Shown: positions 20,975-32,608 of the stretch, in pieces | Layout of the letters: every line of letters starts with the position of its first letter | Position numbering within the stretch: the stretch's first letter is position 1 | Virus record (IMG/VR): IMGVR_UViG_3300026549_000029 | Coordinates: 223,869-287,868 of that record | Strand: one strand, 5' to 3' | Length of the DNA: 64,000 nucleotides | Source of the DNA: a virus | Taxonomy: Duplodnaviria > Caudoviricetes | Notes under the pieces: generated by a model | The model's database searches: none | The model's input: the letters and a program-made list of their open reading frames with translations, nothing else | What the model was told of the DNA's origin: nothing | Made by a program: the position numbers and the translations under genes

Positions 20975-21718
20975 GTGAATTTTTTGGCAAAACAAAAATC
21001 AAGAATATTAAAAATGGAAGAATATGAATCTAAATATTCTTCTATTCCAAGAGATTTTAATGAACGTATTTCTTTTTTAATCGATTCTATGAGACTTTCT
21101 CCTCAAAAAATGGATGATATTATAGAACGATACAGAGTTATGGAATCTCAATTATTTTATTATAATTATAAAATAATTCTTTATGAAGATCCAGAAGGGG
21201 CTAAACGCCCACGTTTTAGAATGATTAATAGACAAAATTATATGAATCTTGCTTTAGGTGGAGGGAGTTTTGTTCATGTATTTTCTCCTAATGCAGCAGA
21301 AGATCATAAATTTATGCATAAACTTATAGATTCTGAATTAATACAATTAAATAATTTTATTCAAACTCCATGTCAAGTTTGTATAAATGTATTTTTCAAA
21401 ACTCCTACATATTTTAATAAAACTGATATTTTATTAGCAGAAGTTGGTTTACATAGGCATATAAATAAACCAGATTGGGATAATATTGGTAAAAAATATA
21501 CCGATATGTTTAATGCTAATATTTGGTTAGATGATAATTTAGTAACAGATGGAGAAGTACATAAGTATTATTCTATATTGCCTAGAGTAGAAATTTATAT
21601 TAAATATTTAAATTGTGTTACTTCTTATCAACATTATAATCAGATAATTAATAGAAAAGATTATAATCCAGATTATCCTATAAATTATTTAGATAATACT
21701 GGTTATTTACATTTTTAA
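20975..21718 (+). CDS. RusA-like Holliday junction resolvase
   Basis: PEGAKRPR and KPDWDNIGKKYTDMFNANIWLDDNLV motifs typical of the RusA family. Confidence 0.75.
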   Translation: MNFLAKQKSRILKMEEYESKYSSIPRDFNERISFLIDSMRLSPQKMDDIIERYRVMESQLFYYNYKIILYEDPEGAKRPRFRMINRQNYMNLALGGGSFVHVFSPNAAEDHKFMHKLIDSELIQLNNFIQTPCQVCINVFFKTPTYFNKTDILLAEVGLHRHINKPDWDNIGKKYTDMFNANIWLDDNLVTDGEVHKYYSILPRVEIYIKYLNCVTSYQHYNQIINRKDYNPDYPINYLDNTGYLHF

Positions 21719-21739
21719 AAGGAGGATAAAAAATATAAA

Positions 21740-22483
21740 ATGGTTGATTTTAATAGCTTTGAAAAAGAAAATATAAATAATCAAATTGATAATATATTAG
21801 ATGATACACCAGCTACTAGTGAAGAAACTGGTAAATCTCTTACTTTAGATAATATAGAAATTAGTTCTACTAGTAGTAAAAACTCAGCAACAGATGATTA
21901 TTATAATAAATATAAATTATCTGAATCTGCTACTATTAATACTAATAATGAAACTACAGGATCTGATATTAGAATTCCAGAAAATTACGAAACTAGAGTA
22001 AATCCTAATGATCCTAGATATACTCAGATGTATATAAATGGGTATTGGTATGACATTAATGTATTACCAAATTCTATTGTTCTTGATAATGGAACTGTTT
22101 CTACTGAAAAAACTGAACTTATAAAGCATGATCCTGAAGAATTAAATAAAAAAGGTGATGCTGCTAAGTATGATAAAGGTAAACTTCAGATTACTCTTAT
22201 GCCTACAGAAATTATAAGAGCAATTACTGAAGTTAGAATGTTTGGAGCTAAGAAATATAAACCCGCTAATTGGATTAATGTATCTAAAAGAAGATATAAA
22301 GATGCACTACTTAGACATATTTTAGAATATATTGATAATGAAGATGCTGTTGATTCTGAATCTGGCTTACCTGCTCTTTGGCATGCTGCATGTAATATTG
22401 CTTTTTTAATTGATATGCATAGAAAAGATTGGGATAAGAGAAAAGAACAGATTGAAAAGAATTTTGCAGATATGGAAAAATAA
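21740..22483 (+). CDS. dATP/dGTP diphosphohydrolase domain (DUF5664-like) protein with low-complexity N-terminus
   Basis: KYDKGK...FGAKKY...NW...DALLRH...DSESGLPALWHAACN motif. Confidence 0.75.
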   Translation: MVDFNSFEKENINNQIDNILDDTPATSEETGKSLTLDNIEISSTSSKNSATDDYYNKYKLSESATINTNNETTGSDIRIPENYETRVNPNDPRYTQMYINGYWYDINVLPNSIVLDNGTVSTEKTELIKHDPEELNKKGDAAKYDKGKLQITLMPTEIIRAITEVRMFGAKKYKPANWINVSKRRYKDALLRHILEYIDNEDAVDSESGLPALWHAACNIAFLIDMHRKDWDKRKEQIEKNFADMEK

Positions 22484-22550
22484 TAAATAATAATTTATAA
22501 TAATACATTACAATATTAAAATATAATCTTATTAATAGGGAGATATAAAA

Positions 22551-23033
22551 ATGATTAAGAAAAATGTTAATATTGAAACTAAAGTTACCGAAGGAACTCT
22601 TTGCAATGCTAAAGAAGATTTTATTAAATTTATTACAAAGAAAGTTTCTAATAATTCTAAATATTTTAAAATTAAAAATTGTGAAGATTTTAAAATGAAG
22701 AATGAGTTTACAGCTACAGTTAAATGCGCTGAAGATGATACATATGATGAAGAAATTGGTAAAACCTATGTTAAATTTAAAGTTCTTGATAAATACTATA
22801 AAGCTTTTGATAGAAGAATTAAAAATGTAACTATTGATTGTTTTAGACTTGCTTTTACTCTTCTTGATTGGATTTATACTCATGTATCTATTGGGGATGC
22901 AGAAGATATTATTGTAGAAGTAGCAAATAAATTTGGTTATATTATCACTCCAGAAAGTGATATTGATTTTGAATTTGATGAAACAGAAGAAGAGACAGAA
23001 TCTAATTCTGTAGAAAATACTACTAAAGAATAA
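22551..23033 (+). CDS. Hypothetical phage protein
   Basis: 160-aa ORF, GGGAG RBS. Confidence 0.75.
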   Translation: MIKKNVNIETKVTEGTLCNAKEDFIKFITKKVSNNSKYFKIKNCEDFKMKNEFTATVKCAEDDTYDEEIGKTYVKFKVLDKYYKAFDRRIKNVTIDCFRLAFTLLDWIYTHVSIGDAEDIIVEVANKFGYIITPESDIDFEFDETEEETESNSVENTTKE

Positions 23034-23053
23034 AAATAAAGGATGGTAGAACC

Positions 23054-23398
23054 ATGACAGTTTTAGAATCAGATAATATTACTTCTACCATCTCTTATCT
23101 TAGACAAAATATTTATTCTTTACCTCAATTTAGAACGGAGCTTATTAATAATCTTAGTATATATCTTGATGCTAATAATGTAGGATTTATTAATAATCAA
23201 TATGGTGGTCTTGATATTAATGTAAAATATAATCCTTCTAATGATTCTGGATATAGAGATTCAGCTTTTTATTTAAATAAAGTAATTTTTGTAATACAAA
23301 AAACTATATCTGCTATATCTAAAGATAATATTAATATTACTTCCAGTATGGTTAATGTTACATCTATAGGAGTAGATAATATTATTATAAGAATTTAG
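23054..23398 (+). CDS. Hypothetical protein
   Basis: 114-aa ORF in operon. Confidence 0.65.
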   Translation: MTVLESDNITSTISYLRQNIYSLPQFRTELINNLSIYLDANNVGFINNQYGGLDINVKYNPSNDSGYRDSAFYLNKVIFVIQKTISAISKDNINITSSMVNVTSIGVDNIIIRI

Positions 23399-23415
23399 GA
23401 GAGAAGGTTTAATAC

Positions 23416-24012
23416 ATGAGTCTTACTGTTATAGGAGATTCCAAAAGAAAAGTATTTCACTATAAAGATTGTATTTGTGTTAATTCTATTCCTGAAAAAG
23501 ATATAATTTTATTTAGTTCTAAAAATGATGCAAGACTCCATGGATATGAACATTGTTATAGATGTTCAAAATTAGTATCTTATTATAATAAAGATAAAGA
23601 AGAAATTGATAGATTTATTCTTCATAATTATATGAAGATGTATATAGAAGATGATGCTATGTTTATAGATAATATAACATCAGCTTGGAAAATTACAACA
23701 GAACCAACAAGATATGGAGTAGAATTATATCATGCTAATTCAGAAAAAATATCTAAATTAAAAGTAAAGAATAAACATATACAGTATCATTATCATAAGC
23801 AAAATTATAAAGGCAAAAAAGATATTTTATCGATGCTTCAATATATTATTGAACATGATAAATGGAAATCTGATAATGCAGAATCATATAAGAAACTTCC
23901 AGTTAATACAAAAAAGAAAAAGAAAACTTTTAGAAAAGAAAGAAATAAATATAGAAAAAAGAAGATAAGAGATGTGAAAAATTTAATTGATAAAGTTGCT
24001 GTTACTAAATAA
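23416..24012 (+). CDS. Protein with N-terminal Ada-type metal-binding-like domain and basic C-terminus
   Basis: VIGDSKRKVFHYKDC...FSSKNDARLHGYEHCYRC pattern. Confidence 0.6.
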   Translation: MSLTVIGDSKRKVFHYKDCICVNSIPEKDIILFSSKNDARLHGYEHCYRCSKLVSYYNKDKEEIDRFILHNYMKMYIEDDAMFIDNITSAWKITTEPTRYGVELYHANSEKISKLKVKNKHIQYHYHKQNYKGKKDILSMLQYIIEHDKWKSDNAESYKKLPVNTKKKKKTFRKERNKYRKKKIRDVKNLIDKVAVTK

Positions 24013-24013
24013 A

Positions 24014-24050
24014 TATAGGAGTAGGGATAAAACCCTACTCCTTTTATTTT
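24014..24050. terminator. Probable bidirectional terminator between convergent genes
   Basis: AGGAGTAGGG-ataaaa-CCCTACTCCT hairpin with A/T flanks. Confidence 0.7.
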
Positions 24051-24978
24051 ATTTAATTGATTTAAGAGCAGATTCAATATATTCAGAATCTACCTTTTCA
24101 ATCTTAAGACTAGATACCATCTCAAGAAGAGTATACATACATCTAGCAGATTCTACAATCTTATCCATATCAAGTCTACCATTATCAAGACTAAATTGTT
24201 CTTTGATAACTTGATCTTTCAATACAGCTTCAGAAATATTTCTAACCATTCTATCAAATACATTATGATAGCTTTCATGCTGAATATTATAAATCTTATC
24301 TTTAGCAATTCTCATTTCAGACTCTTCTACAGCTTCAGAATAATCATTATCATTTGAAGCCTTAGCATTCTGAACTCTCTCTGCTGTATCTTTAAGAATA
24401 GTTTTGATATCTTCTTTATCAGCCTGATTCTTATTAATAAAATCTTCTTCAGCATTAGATACTCTAAGTCTAATCATATTAGTGACATCATCAATATCAT
24501 TATTCTTATCAATATTATCCCAGAAATCTTCAATAGCTTTAGGATCAATAGTTTGAGAAGTTACATCTTCAGCATTTGCATCCTTAGTAATATCATCAAA
24601 AGCTTCCTGTTCTGCTTCATAAATACTTACAAGAAGACCAGATTTAGAAAATCTCATATTCTTAAGAATAGTATCTACACCGGTAGATTCAATATAGCTA
24701 CCAAGCAGGCTATCACAAAGAGCAGCTTCTCTATCAGTAATATGGAAAATAGAACCTTTATAGATTCTTCCAAGAGCTTCAGTAAGAAGAGTCTTCTTTA
24801 CATCAGCTTTATAAGTATAGAAGTTATCAATCTTAGCTTCATGCATAAGCTTAGCATTATCAATCTCTTCTCTAAGTTTATTCATATTTTCAATCTCTTG
24901 CTTTCTAGCATTTTCAGCAAGAGTTCTTTTAAATTCTTTTCTTTCTTTAAGATAATTTCTATCTTCTCTGAGTCCCAT
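24049..24978 (-). CDS. Probable virion/head protein
   Basis: 309 aa, AGGAG RBS, acidic and helical, co-oriented with baseplate genes. Confidence 0.55.
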   Translation of the reverse strand: MGLREDRNYLKERKEFKRTLAENARKQEIENMNKLREEIDNAKLMHEAKIDNFYTYKADVKKTLLTEALGRIYKGSIFHITDREAALCDSLLGSYIESTGVDTILKNMRFSKSGLLVSIYEAEQEAFDDITKDANAEDVTSQTIDPKAIEDFWDNIDKNNDIDDVTNMIRLRVSNAEEDFINKNQADKEDIKTILKDTAERVQNAKASNDNDYSEAVEESEMRIAKDKIYNIQHESYHNVFDRMVRNISEAVLKDQVIKEQFSLDNGRLDMDKIVESARCMYTLLEMVSSLKIEKVDSEYIESALKSIK

Positions 24979-25018
24979 AATAATAATTCTCCTTTAGAAT
25001 CATTTTTATATGTAAGTT

Positions 25019-28000
25019 TTACATACCAGATACATAAATATTGATATCTGGACTAAGAGTTCCATCATCATCAAATACATTAGTTACATTGAGGAACTCA
25101 GGTGCAATATGGATATCTATTTCATTATCATCATCTCTATAAATGTGTTGGATATCTGCTCCATAAGAGTTAAATCCAAGATATTCAAAATACACAATTT
25201 GCTCTTTATAAGTATTAGTAATCTGAGTTACTAAATTAGGAATATGGACTTCACCTAATTTATCAAGATCTTCCATATATTCCTTAATATCTTTAATAAT
25301 ATTATCTCTAGTGTAAGAATCTTTACTAGACTGAAGCTTGATTCTAAAGTTAAGAGTAAGATTTACTCTATCAATATATTCTTTCTCTTCATCAAGAATA
25401 TTATTAGCATTAGTATCCCTAATAATATAATAAGTATGAGAAGGACCATAAGTATTAAATAATTTAAAATCAATTCCAAATGAATTTTCTAATTTATCTA
25501 TTACAGAATCTATATAAGATTTTCTATAATTTAATCCATTTATAGCTTCTTGTACAAGAATTTCATTATTACAGTAATCGTATCCTAATACAGGTACACT
25601 ATAAATATAGTACCCCTCTAATGTCATGGTACTATTACCTTCTTCATCAGTATTAGTGGTTCCATATGGAACTATCTGGGAACCCATAATACCAGAATAG
25701 TTATGATACATAGTAACACCATTTACTACATCATAGATATTGGTTACTGTCCAATTTCTGTCAATAAGAGGTACATAGTTCATTAAATTATATTTAGAAT
25801 AATCTCCTAATCCACAGAGCATATAAATAACCATCTTACTAGTAGGCTCCATGAATCCAGATTCTATATAAGTTTTTTCGGCTCTAATCTGATATTCTGT
25901 ACCATTTACTGTTACTAATATACTTTCTTCTTCTACAAAAGCTTCATTCATAGAGATATAAACTTCTTCATGATTAGTATTTTCTCCTTCTACTATAAAG
26001 CTAAAAATCTTCTCATTAGTAGAATAGTAGTCTTCTATATCTCCAGTGATATCAAATCTAGCAATAAAATCAGAAAGTTTTTCTGTAAACTTACCATCTG
26101 ACATTAAATTATACTCTCTAAAGTCACAAGTAAATTTACACTGAAATACTCTATCTTCTCTTACATTAATAGGAGTCATATTTTCTACTTTAATATTATT
26201 ATCATTATCAAATACATCAGTAGCGTAGAAATCCTGTTCAAATGTAAAAGTATAAGTCGTTTCATCCCAAGAAGTTAAATTCATTGTTCTATATCTATAA
26301 GGTATATCATTCTTATAGAATAAAACTATAGCTTTAACTAAAGGAGTAGTCTTATTACCTGATTCATCTGTAGGGAATAATCCTAAATCTTCCTGTACAG
26401 ATTGCATAGCATTAAAACTAAGATGATATGTTTCTTTATTATCTCCTAAGAAGTCTCTAGTCCATCTGATATTATTAGCAATAAACTGAATATCAGATCC
26501 TTCATATACATAATCATAATGTAAATAAGGATTTTCATCCATAGACATCATGTAAAATGCTGAATATAAATGATATCCATTTATACTAATAGCATATGGA
26601 TTAGTATAAGTAAATCCTTCATTTCTAATATTTTTTTCTACAGGTTCTACAGCATATTCATACTCTTCATTTTCTATAGAATGAGAGAATGGTACATATT
26701 CCAATCCTTCAGAAAGAATAATATCAATTCTAGGTTGAGTATTACTATTAGGAGATCTATAAGTATATTTAAATTCAATTATATCACCTTCTCTTAATAC
26801 AGTAGGCATATTAGTAGCATTAAGCGAAGGAATATAAGATGTATATTTATATTCTACATCATTAGATGTTAATATAAGAGTCTGATATCTTACATAAGCT
26901 TCTGGATCTCTAACATAAAGTTTAGTTTCTTCTACATAACCATCAATTTTTATAATACGAGAGAAATCATCTCCAGAAATATCTAATTCTGAAATAGCAA
27001 ATACATTCTCAATTATATTATCGGTCTGAGATACAGTTAAAGTAACTAAACCTTGTTCAGCCCAAATATCAATAGTCTTTTCTCCTTCAAAGGATTGAAG
27101 AATATTGATAGTATATTCATTACTTTCTTCTCTTATAATTTCAAAAGTTTCTGTATCATAATTATCTGCATAGAGAATTCTAGTATATACACCACAGATT
27201 GCAGCTATATCATCAAAATCTCCAGTAGTCTTATTAGAATTTAAAGATGTATAAAGACTACCATTTCTAAAAGTAGTAACTTTATTAGGATTATTATTTA
27301 ATCTATATTCAAGAGCAATAACAATTCTTGTATTCTTCTCATATCCTCTAAATGCAATAGGAATAGAATCAAAATATGTTTTATTCTCTTCATATCCAGG
27401 AATATAGTAATATCCTTTAATAAAATCTAAACAATCTAATTCTGAATCTTGTAATCTAATAACAGGATCATTTTGTTTGGTTACATACTCAAACTTATAA
27501 AGATATCTTTTTCCTACTGACATAAGCATAAAATCTTCTACATCAATAGGATTAGCAGAATTTGGATATAAAGTATAATTATCTGGTATTACAATACAAC
27601 CAGCAGAATTACCATCTACTAATACTTCTGCAGATACACTATCTACAGTAGCATCAATAATCTTAGCTTTAAAAGATCCATTAACTAATTGACCTCTAGC
27701 TACAGCTCCAGCTACTAAAGTTTCTTGAGTAGCCTGAAGAGGATTATGATTTATATATCCCATTCCATTTTCATCTAATTTAATACAAGCTCCAGATTTA
27801 AGAGTATATCTATCAGATAAAGATCCAGGAATTCTAGTAGATACTAAATCTTCTAATCCTACTTTAAGATCTATAGTATTAGAAGGAATAATGTTATTAT
27901 TACTATCTTTAGCTACCATATAACCATAATAAACTCTTTCTATCTGATTATCAATCTTTTTCTGAATTACTATTCTACCATCTTCTGTATCTAATGTAGA

Positions 28001-29108
28001 GAAATAGTTATTTAGATCAGTAATAGTAGTTAAAGATCCTCTAGAGAGTAATTCTTTAGGAATTAAAGCCTGTAATTCTTCTTTAGATTTTCTATTTCTA
28101 CCATTAGCAGAAGAAGTAACAGGATCTAATATCATAGGAATATTTTTATATCCATAATTATCAGAGGATAAAGATACGGCAATCTGACCTCTATGGTCAA
28201 AATTACCATCTAAACCTTTAGTAGTCTTAATAAGTACATTAATATTTGCATTAAGACCAGGCATATAAGATTTTCTATCAAATCTTATTCTGATAAGATT
28301 AGTATCAATATATTGATACCAACAATAATACATATAAGCATTATCTGGTACACTAGCACCTTCAAAGACAGGTTGTAAATACTTTACCTCATCTGATTCG
28401 TCAACTTCTACTTCAAAATATGCTAACTGATCTTCAAATTCAAAATTAAGAGTTTTATTATCAACAATATTAGAAGTAACAAGTTTCTTATGTTCTACAG
28501 TATGAGAAACTTGAGATAAAGTAGTAGTAATATAAATATAATTTTGCCCTCCAATATTAACAATAGCGGGAGGAGAAATATAAGGATTACCAGTAGAGAG
28601 ATCTACAGAAGAAGTAGGTACTTCTCTTCTATCTGGAATATTATACCAAGCTGCATAAGTATTTACATCTTTATCTGGAATATAAATCTGTTTTAAAATA
28701 ATATCATATTCTAAGTGAAATTCATAATCACCAATATATATTGGGCATTCCCTATCAATAGTAAATGTACTGGTAGATCTGTTAAGATAATAATCAACAT
28801 CTGATTCTTTAAGAATCAGATATATAGTCATCTTAGCAGGAATAGCATTAATGTCCTCAATATTAGCCATTATAGCATGAGTAATTACATTTCTCTCAAG
28901 TCTTGCTCTGGAAGGAAATGATTCATTAGATAACTCTCCAGTCATTTGGACTTGAGTTTGTAATCTATGAGACTCTAGAGCACCAATATAACCATACATT
29001 CCAATGGCCAGAGTCTCATCAGTCTCATTTTCTATAAAAGTCTTTTTAACGTCATCTACTAATTGTGATAAATTGTAGATATCTGAATTTACTGATTTCT
29101 TAGCCATT
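25019..29108 (-). CDS. Baseplate wedge-type protein
   Basis: ~1360 aa, start at MAKKSVNS with GGAG RBS; T..G..GN and G.N..S.EEL...IP......RGSLTT..DL motifs resemble baseplate J / T4 gp6-like wedge proteins. Confidence 0.6.
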
Positions 29109-30473
29109 GACTTGTGTCTCCTTTGGTATACCATACCATCTTAATTTATACTTTGGTCTATCTGCATTGACACTAAGCTGATTAGTAGAGAATTGTCTTC
29201 CATCTACTAAAGCAGCTACAGGTAATTCACCATCAATCATACTTGTAGGATACATTCCATTTAAAATATTAGGAGTTCCTAAAGATGCTGTATCATAAGA
29301 ATTATCGCCAACTTTTGTAGGAAGTTGCCCAATTTTAGAGGCATATAATTCTTGAGAGAAAGCATTTTGTCTTACTACAGGTAGCCATACTTCTTTATTT
29401 ATTCCATAAGCATCTATTACATTTCCCATAAGTTTATTAAACTGCTTTAATATAATGGGATTCATATCTTCCATAAAAGCAGATTTAAAACTAACAGAAA
29501 AAGTAAGTCCATCATTAAATAAAGGATCACTAAATGTTTCTCTAGGACAAGATGTGGGAAATACTCCCCAGAAATATGCATAATAAATAATAGTCTCCAT
29601 ATCTTCTGCTACAATAAATTTATATATACCCATTGTATTATGGAGTCTTTTATATCTGTAATAATCTCTAGATGGAGGAGTTACTAAACCACTTTTTCTT
29701 GCTATATGATATTCAGTATAAGCTTTAAAAAAATGATAAGTATCAAGATACTTATTATCTAAAAATTCAAGAGAAAAAGAAGGATTTTCATCTGCTTCTT
29801 CTGCATCTTTTAAATATTCATAACTTGTACCAAATATTGTAGATGGATTATCTAAAGTAGAAGCTTCTGATCCTGGCATTTCAAGATAACTATTTACAGA
29901 GAAGCTTAATAAATGACAAAATGGGTCTACAGTAGAAAAATTATCAGTACCAGGAGCACTTCTCTGTAGTTGTCTTATTACATTTGGATGAGATGTAATT
30001 AATTCTCTGAAATAAGAATTATTATCTAATTGAGGATTAAGAGTTAAATTATTATAAGTATCTAATGACTTAGAATAAAGAGAGCCTCCAGAAGATAAAC
30101 CTAAATTATATACACTTTCAGACTTAGCAACTTTCATTCTAGTCTTTTTTCGTCTACCATTATCTGTCTGTATATTTACTACTTCATCTACAATACCAAC
30201 TTCTTTTGCTGGCACTGCAATATGAAGATCAGGTTTAACAAAGAACAAATATTCTCTACAATCATTTAACTTTCCATAAGGATCAAGAGGTCTACCAAAT
30301 CTAGAATATTTACTAAATCTAGCTTTCTCTAATTCATTATTAGAATATAATCCTACAGATGACATAAACTGATCATTTAGATATTCTGTAGGTTTTAAAG
30401 TACTTGGGATTGTTCTAGAATCATTGGCTGTACTTGGTTCTAGATTACTAAAATATTTGTTATTCTTAGCCAT
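29100..30473 (-). CDS. Tail tube-like / baseplate structural protein
   Basis: 457 aa; LFFVKPDL and YYAYFWGVFPTS...FSVSFKS resemble tube-fold strands; adjacent to the wedge gene. Confidence 0.5.
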   Translation of the reverse strand: MAKNNKYFSNLEPSTANDSRTIPSTLKPTEYLNDQFMSSVGLYSNNELEKARFSKYSRFGRPLDPYGKLNDCREYLFFVKPDLHIAVPAKEVGIVDEVVNIQTDNGRRKKTRMKVAKSESVYNLGLSSGGSLYSKSLDTYNNLTLNPQLDNNSYFRELITSHPNVIRQLQRSAPGTDNFSTVDPFCHLLSFSVNSYLEMPGSEASTLDNPSTIFGTSYEYLKDAEEADENPSFSLEFLDNKYLDTYHFFKAYTEYHIARKSGLVTPPSRDYYRYKRLHNTMGIYKFIVAEDMETIIYYAYFWGVFPTSCPRETFSDPLFNDGLTFSVSFKSAFMEDMNPIILKQFNKLMGNVIDAYGINKEVWLPVVRQNAFSQELYASKIGQLPTKVGDNSYDTASLGTPNILNGMYPTSMIDGELPVAALVDGRQFSTNQLSVNADRPKYKLRWYGIPKETQVNG

Positions 30474-30625
30474 TTCTTATTTTAATACTCCCATTTTGAA
30501 ATATTATATTAAAGTTCAGGTTACTAATTATAATGGGTAAAAGATAAAATAATAATATATTATAATAATGAAGAGATATTTATGATATACCTCTTGTTAA
30601 TATATTAGGAGAAATAAAACGTAAC

Positions 30626-30874
30626 ATGGTAGGAAGATTTTTTAGTATAATTAGTAGGAATATAGACATGGACTATTTAATTAGAGCTGGAATAGTAGGT
30701 GCTATTCATTATTTTGGTGGAACTTTAGATAATTATAATAAAAGAAGAGAAGTTGGATTTAAAATAATTGAATCTTTGGGTGGAGCTTTTGATGAAAGTA
30801 ATAGAAAAGTTATGGCAAACTTTAAAGGTGAAGATTTTCAAGAAGATAGAAAAGTAATAGAATTTATAAAATAA
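30626..30874 (+). CDS. Hypothetical protein
   Basis: 82 aa, AGGAG RBS, early-type promoter motif upstream. Confidence 0.6.
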   Translation: MVGRFFSIISRNIDMDYLIRAGIVGAIHYFGGTLDNYNKRREVGFKIIESLGGAFDESNRKVMANFKGEDFQEDRKVIEFIK

Positions 30875-31047
30875 ATAAAAAGAAAGTAGGACTATATATA
30901 ATGAATATAATAAATACTATTGGTCTTATATTATTTAAAATCTTCATGGTTGTTATACTCTTATTTAATATAATAAGAGAACCTGAAGATTAAAATAAAG
31001 AGTATATTACTCTTTATTTTTTTAGAACATAATATATTTTATTTTTT

Positions 31048-31059
31048 AACATTAGTATA
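31048..31059 (+). promoter_or_regulatory. Putative late promoter motif AAC(A/T/C)-N6-TA (representative copy)
   Basis: Also at 7342, 33760, 35822, 50004, 53710 (+) and 5139..5150, 30505..30516 (-), mostly ahead of structural genes. Confidence 0.45.
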
Positions 31060-31087
31060 ATATTCATACCCTTTAGGAGGTAAACAG

Positions 31088-32590
31088 ATGTCAACACATC
31101 TGCACGAAGTTGTTGATCCTGAGACTATTAAAAATATAGGTCAATTGATCAGTGCTACAAAAGCAGGAATAGATGCTGCTAGTAATGGTAAAGCTACAAC
31201 ACGAGATTCATATTCTTATTCTTCTACAGCTAAAGCTGCATCTAAATTAATTGCTGTATATCCTGTATTAATTAGTAAAACTGTTAGTGCTAGTACAGCA
31301 CAAATGGTTTCTAAATATATTGAGCAAAAGGGTTGTATTATTATTCAGCTTGCATTACAGATGATGAATATTTCTAATGCTGAAAATGGTGCTGAATACT
31401 TAAGAAGATTCCATCAAAATCTTAATATTGGCGGAGATGATGTTGCTGCTATGGCCAGTATTATTAATGCTATGCTTGGTGATATTGGAACGGCTAGATC
31501 TGTGCAGCATAATTCTGCTACTATTGCAGGATCTATTATTAATGAAAAACTTAATGAATTTAATTTAGATAGTATGTTTGAAAATGATAATTCCATTAAA
31601 ATTTCTAATCAACAGATGAAAGAATTAATGGAAATGTTTAGTGATGCTGAAAAGTATCAGATTTATGATACTGAATTAAATGAAAGAAGTATTAATGATT
31701 TTATAGTTAAAGAATCTGCTGGTGATTATAGAGTTACTTTTAAATCTTTTAATGAAGATTCTACTAAAAAATATGGTGGGTATACACCTGCAGAAATTGC
31801 TAATGATGATGAATTATATAAAAAATATGGAAGAACAAGAGAAATATATAATAATAATATAAAAGATAAAGATCGTAAAAAAGAACAAGAAAATGAAAGA
31901 GATACTAGAATTAAGAATACAGTAAAAAATGTTCAATTTCTTAAAGATCAAGATATTAAGAAAATGAATTCTGCTGTACCTTCTCTTATCATTGTAAGAT
32001 TCTATAATTCTTCTACTGCTAGTGTAGCAACAGAATTTATTATTGGTGTTAAATCTAAAGCTCTTGCTGTTGATTCTAATGAAATTCTTAGACGTATCGC
32101 TAATGATAATAAAGATGGTAAAGCTTTTCTTAATGTAATGAGAGCTATTACTGGTGAACTTAAGATGACTGATTTTCTTTTTGGCTTATCTCGCACTAGA
32201 GAAGACCTTAAGTCTACCAAAGTTAAAGGTGCATATGGTGATACCTGGGCTCTTCTTCAGAATAGAGCTTTAGCTGCTAAGACTGCTATTGCAAGAGGAC
32301 AGAGAAATGATTTCTCTGCCATTACTACTGTAGTAATCTCTAGAGAAGATGCAGATGATCTTTATAAAGAAGAAAATCTTGATATCACCGATCCTACTGT
32401 TGCTAAACACTTTATGGAATCTTATAATCTTCTTGGATTTGCTATTGTAGATGATGCTCTTGAATCTGCTAAATTCATGTTTGATGATGGCAATAGATAT
32501 TTCGAAGAGTTTTCATATAGAATGCTTGCTAAAGAAACTGAAACAGAAACATATAAGTCCATGCTTAAGCTCATGGCAAATAATAGGTAA
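31088..32590 (+). CDS. Probable virion structural protein
   Basis: 500 aa, AGGAGG RBS, AACA-N6-TA motif upstream. Confidence 0.6.
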   Translation: MSTHLHEVVDPETIKNIGQLISATKAGIDAASNGKATTRDSYSYSSTAKAASKLIAVYPVLISKTVSASTAQMVSKYIEQKGCIIIQLALQMMNISNAENGAEYLRRFHQNLNIGGDDVAAMASIINAMLGDIGTARSVQHNSATIAGSIINEKLNEFNLDSMFENDNSIKISNQQMKELMEMFSDAEKYQIYDTELNERSINDFIVKESAGDYRVTFKSFNEDSTKKYGGYTPAEIANDDELYKKYGRTREIYNNNIKDKDRKKEQENERDTRIKNTVKNVQFLKDQDIKKMNSAVPSLIIVRFYNSSTASVATEFIIGVKSKALAVDSNEILRRIANDNKDGKAFLNVMRAITGELKMTDFLFGLSRTREDLKSTKVKGAYGDTWALLQNRALAAKTAIARGQRNDFSAITTVVISREDADDLYKEENLDITDPTVAKHFMESYNLLGFAIVDDALESAKFMFDDGNRYFEEFSYRMLAKETETETYKSMLKLMANNR

Positions 32591-32608
32591 AGGAGGATAA
32601 ATTGTACT

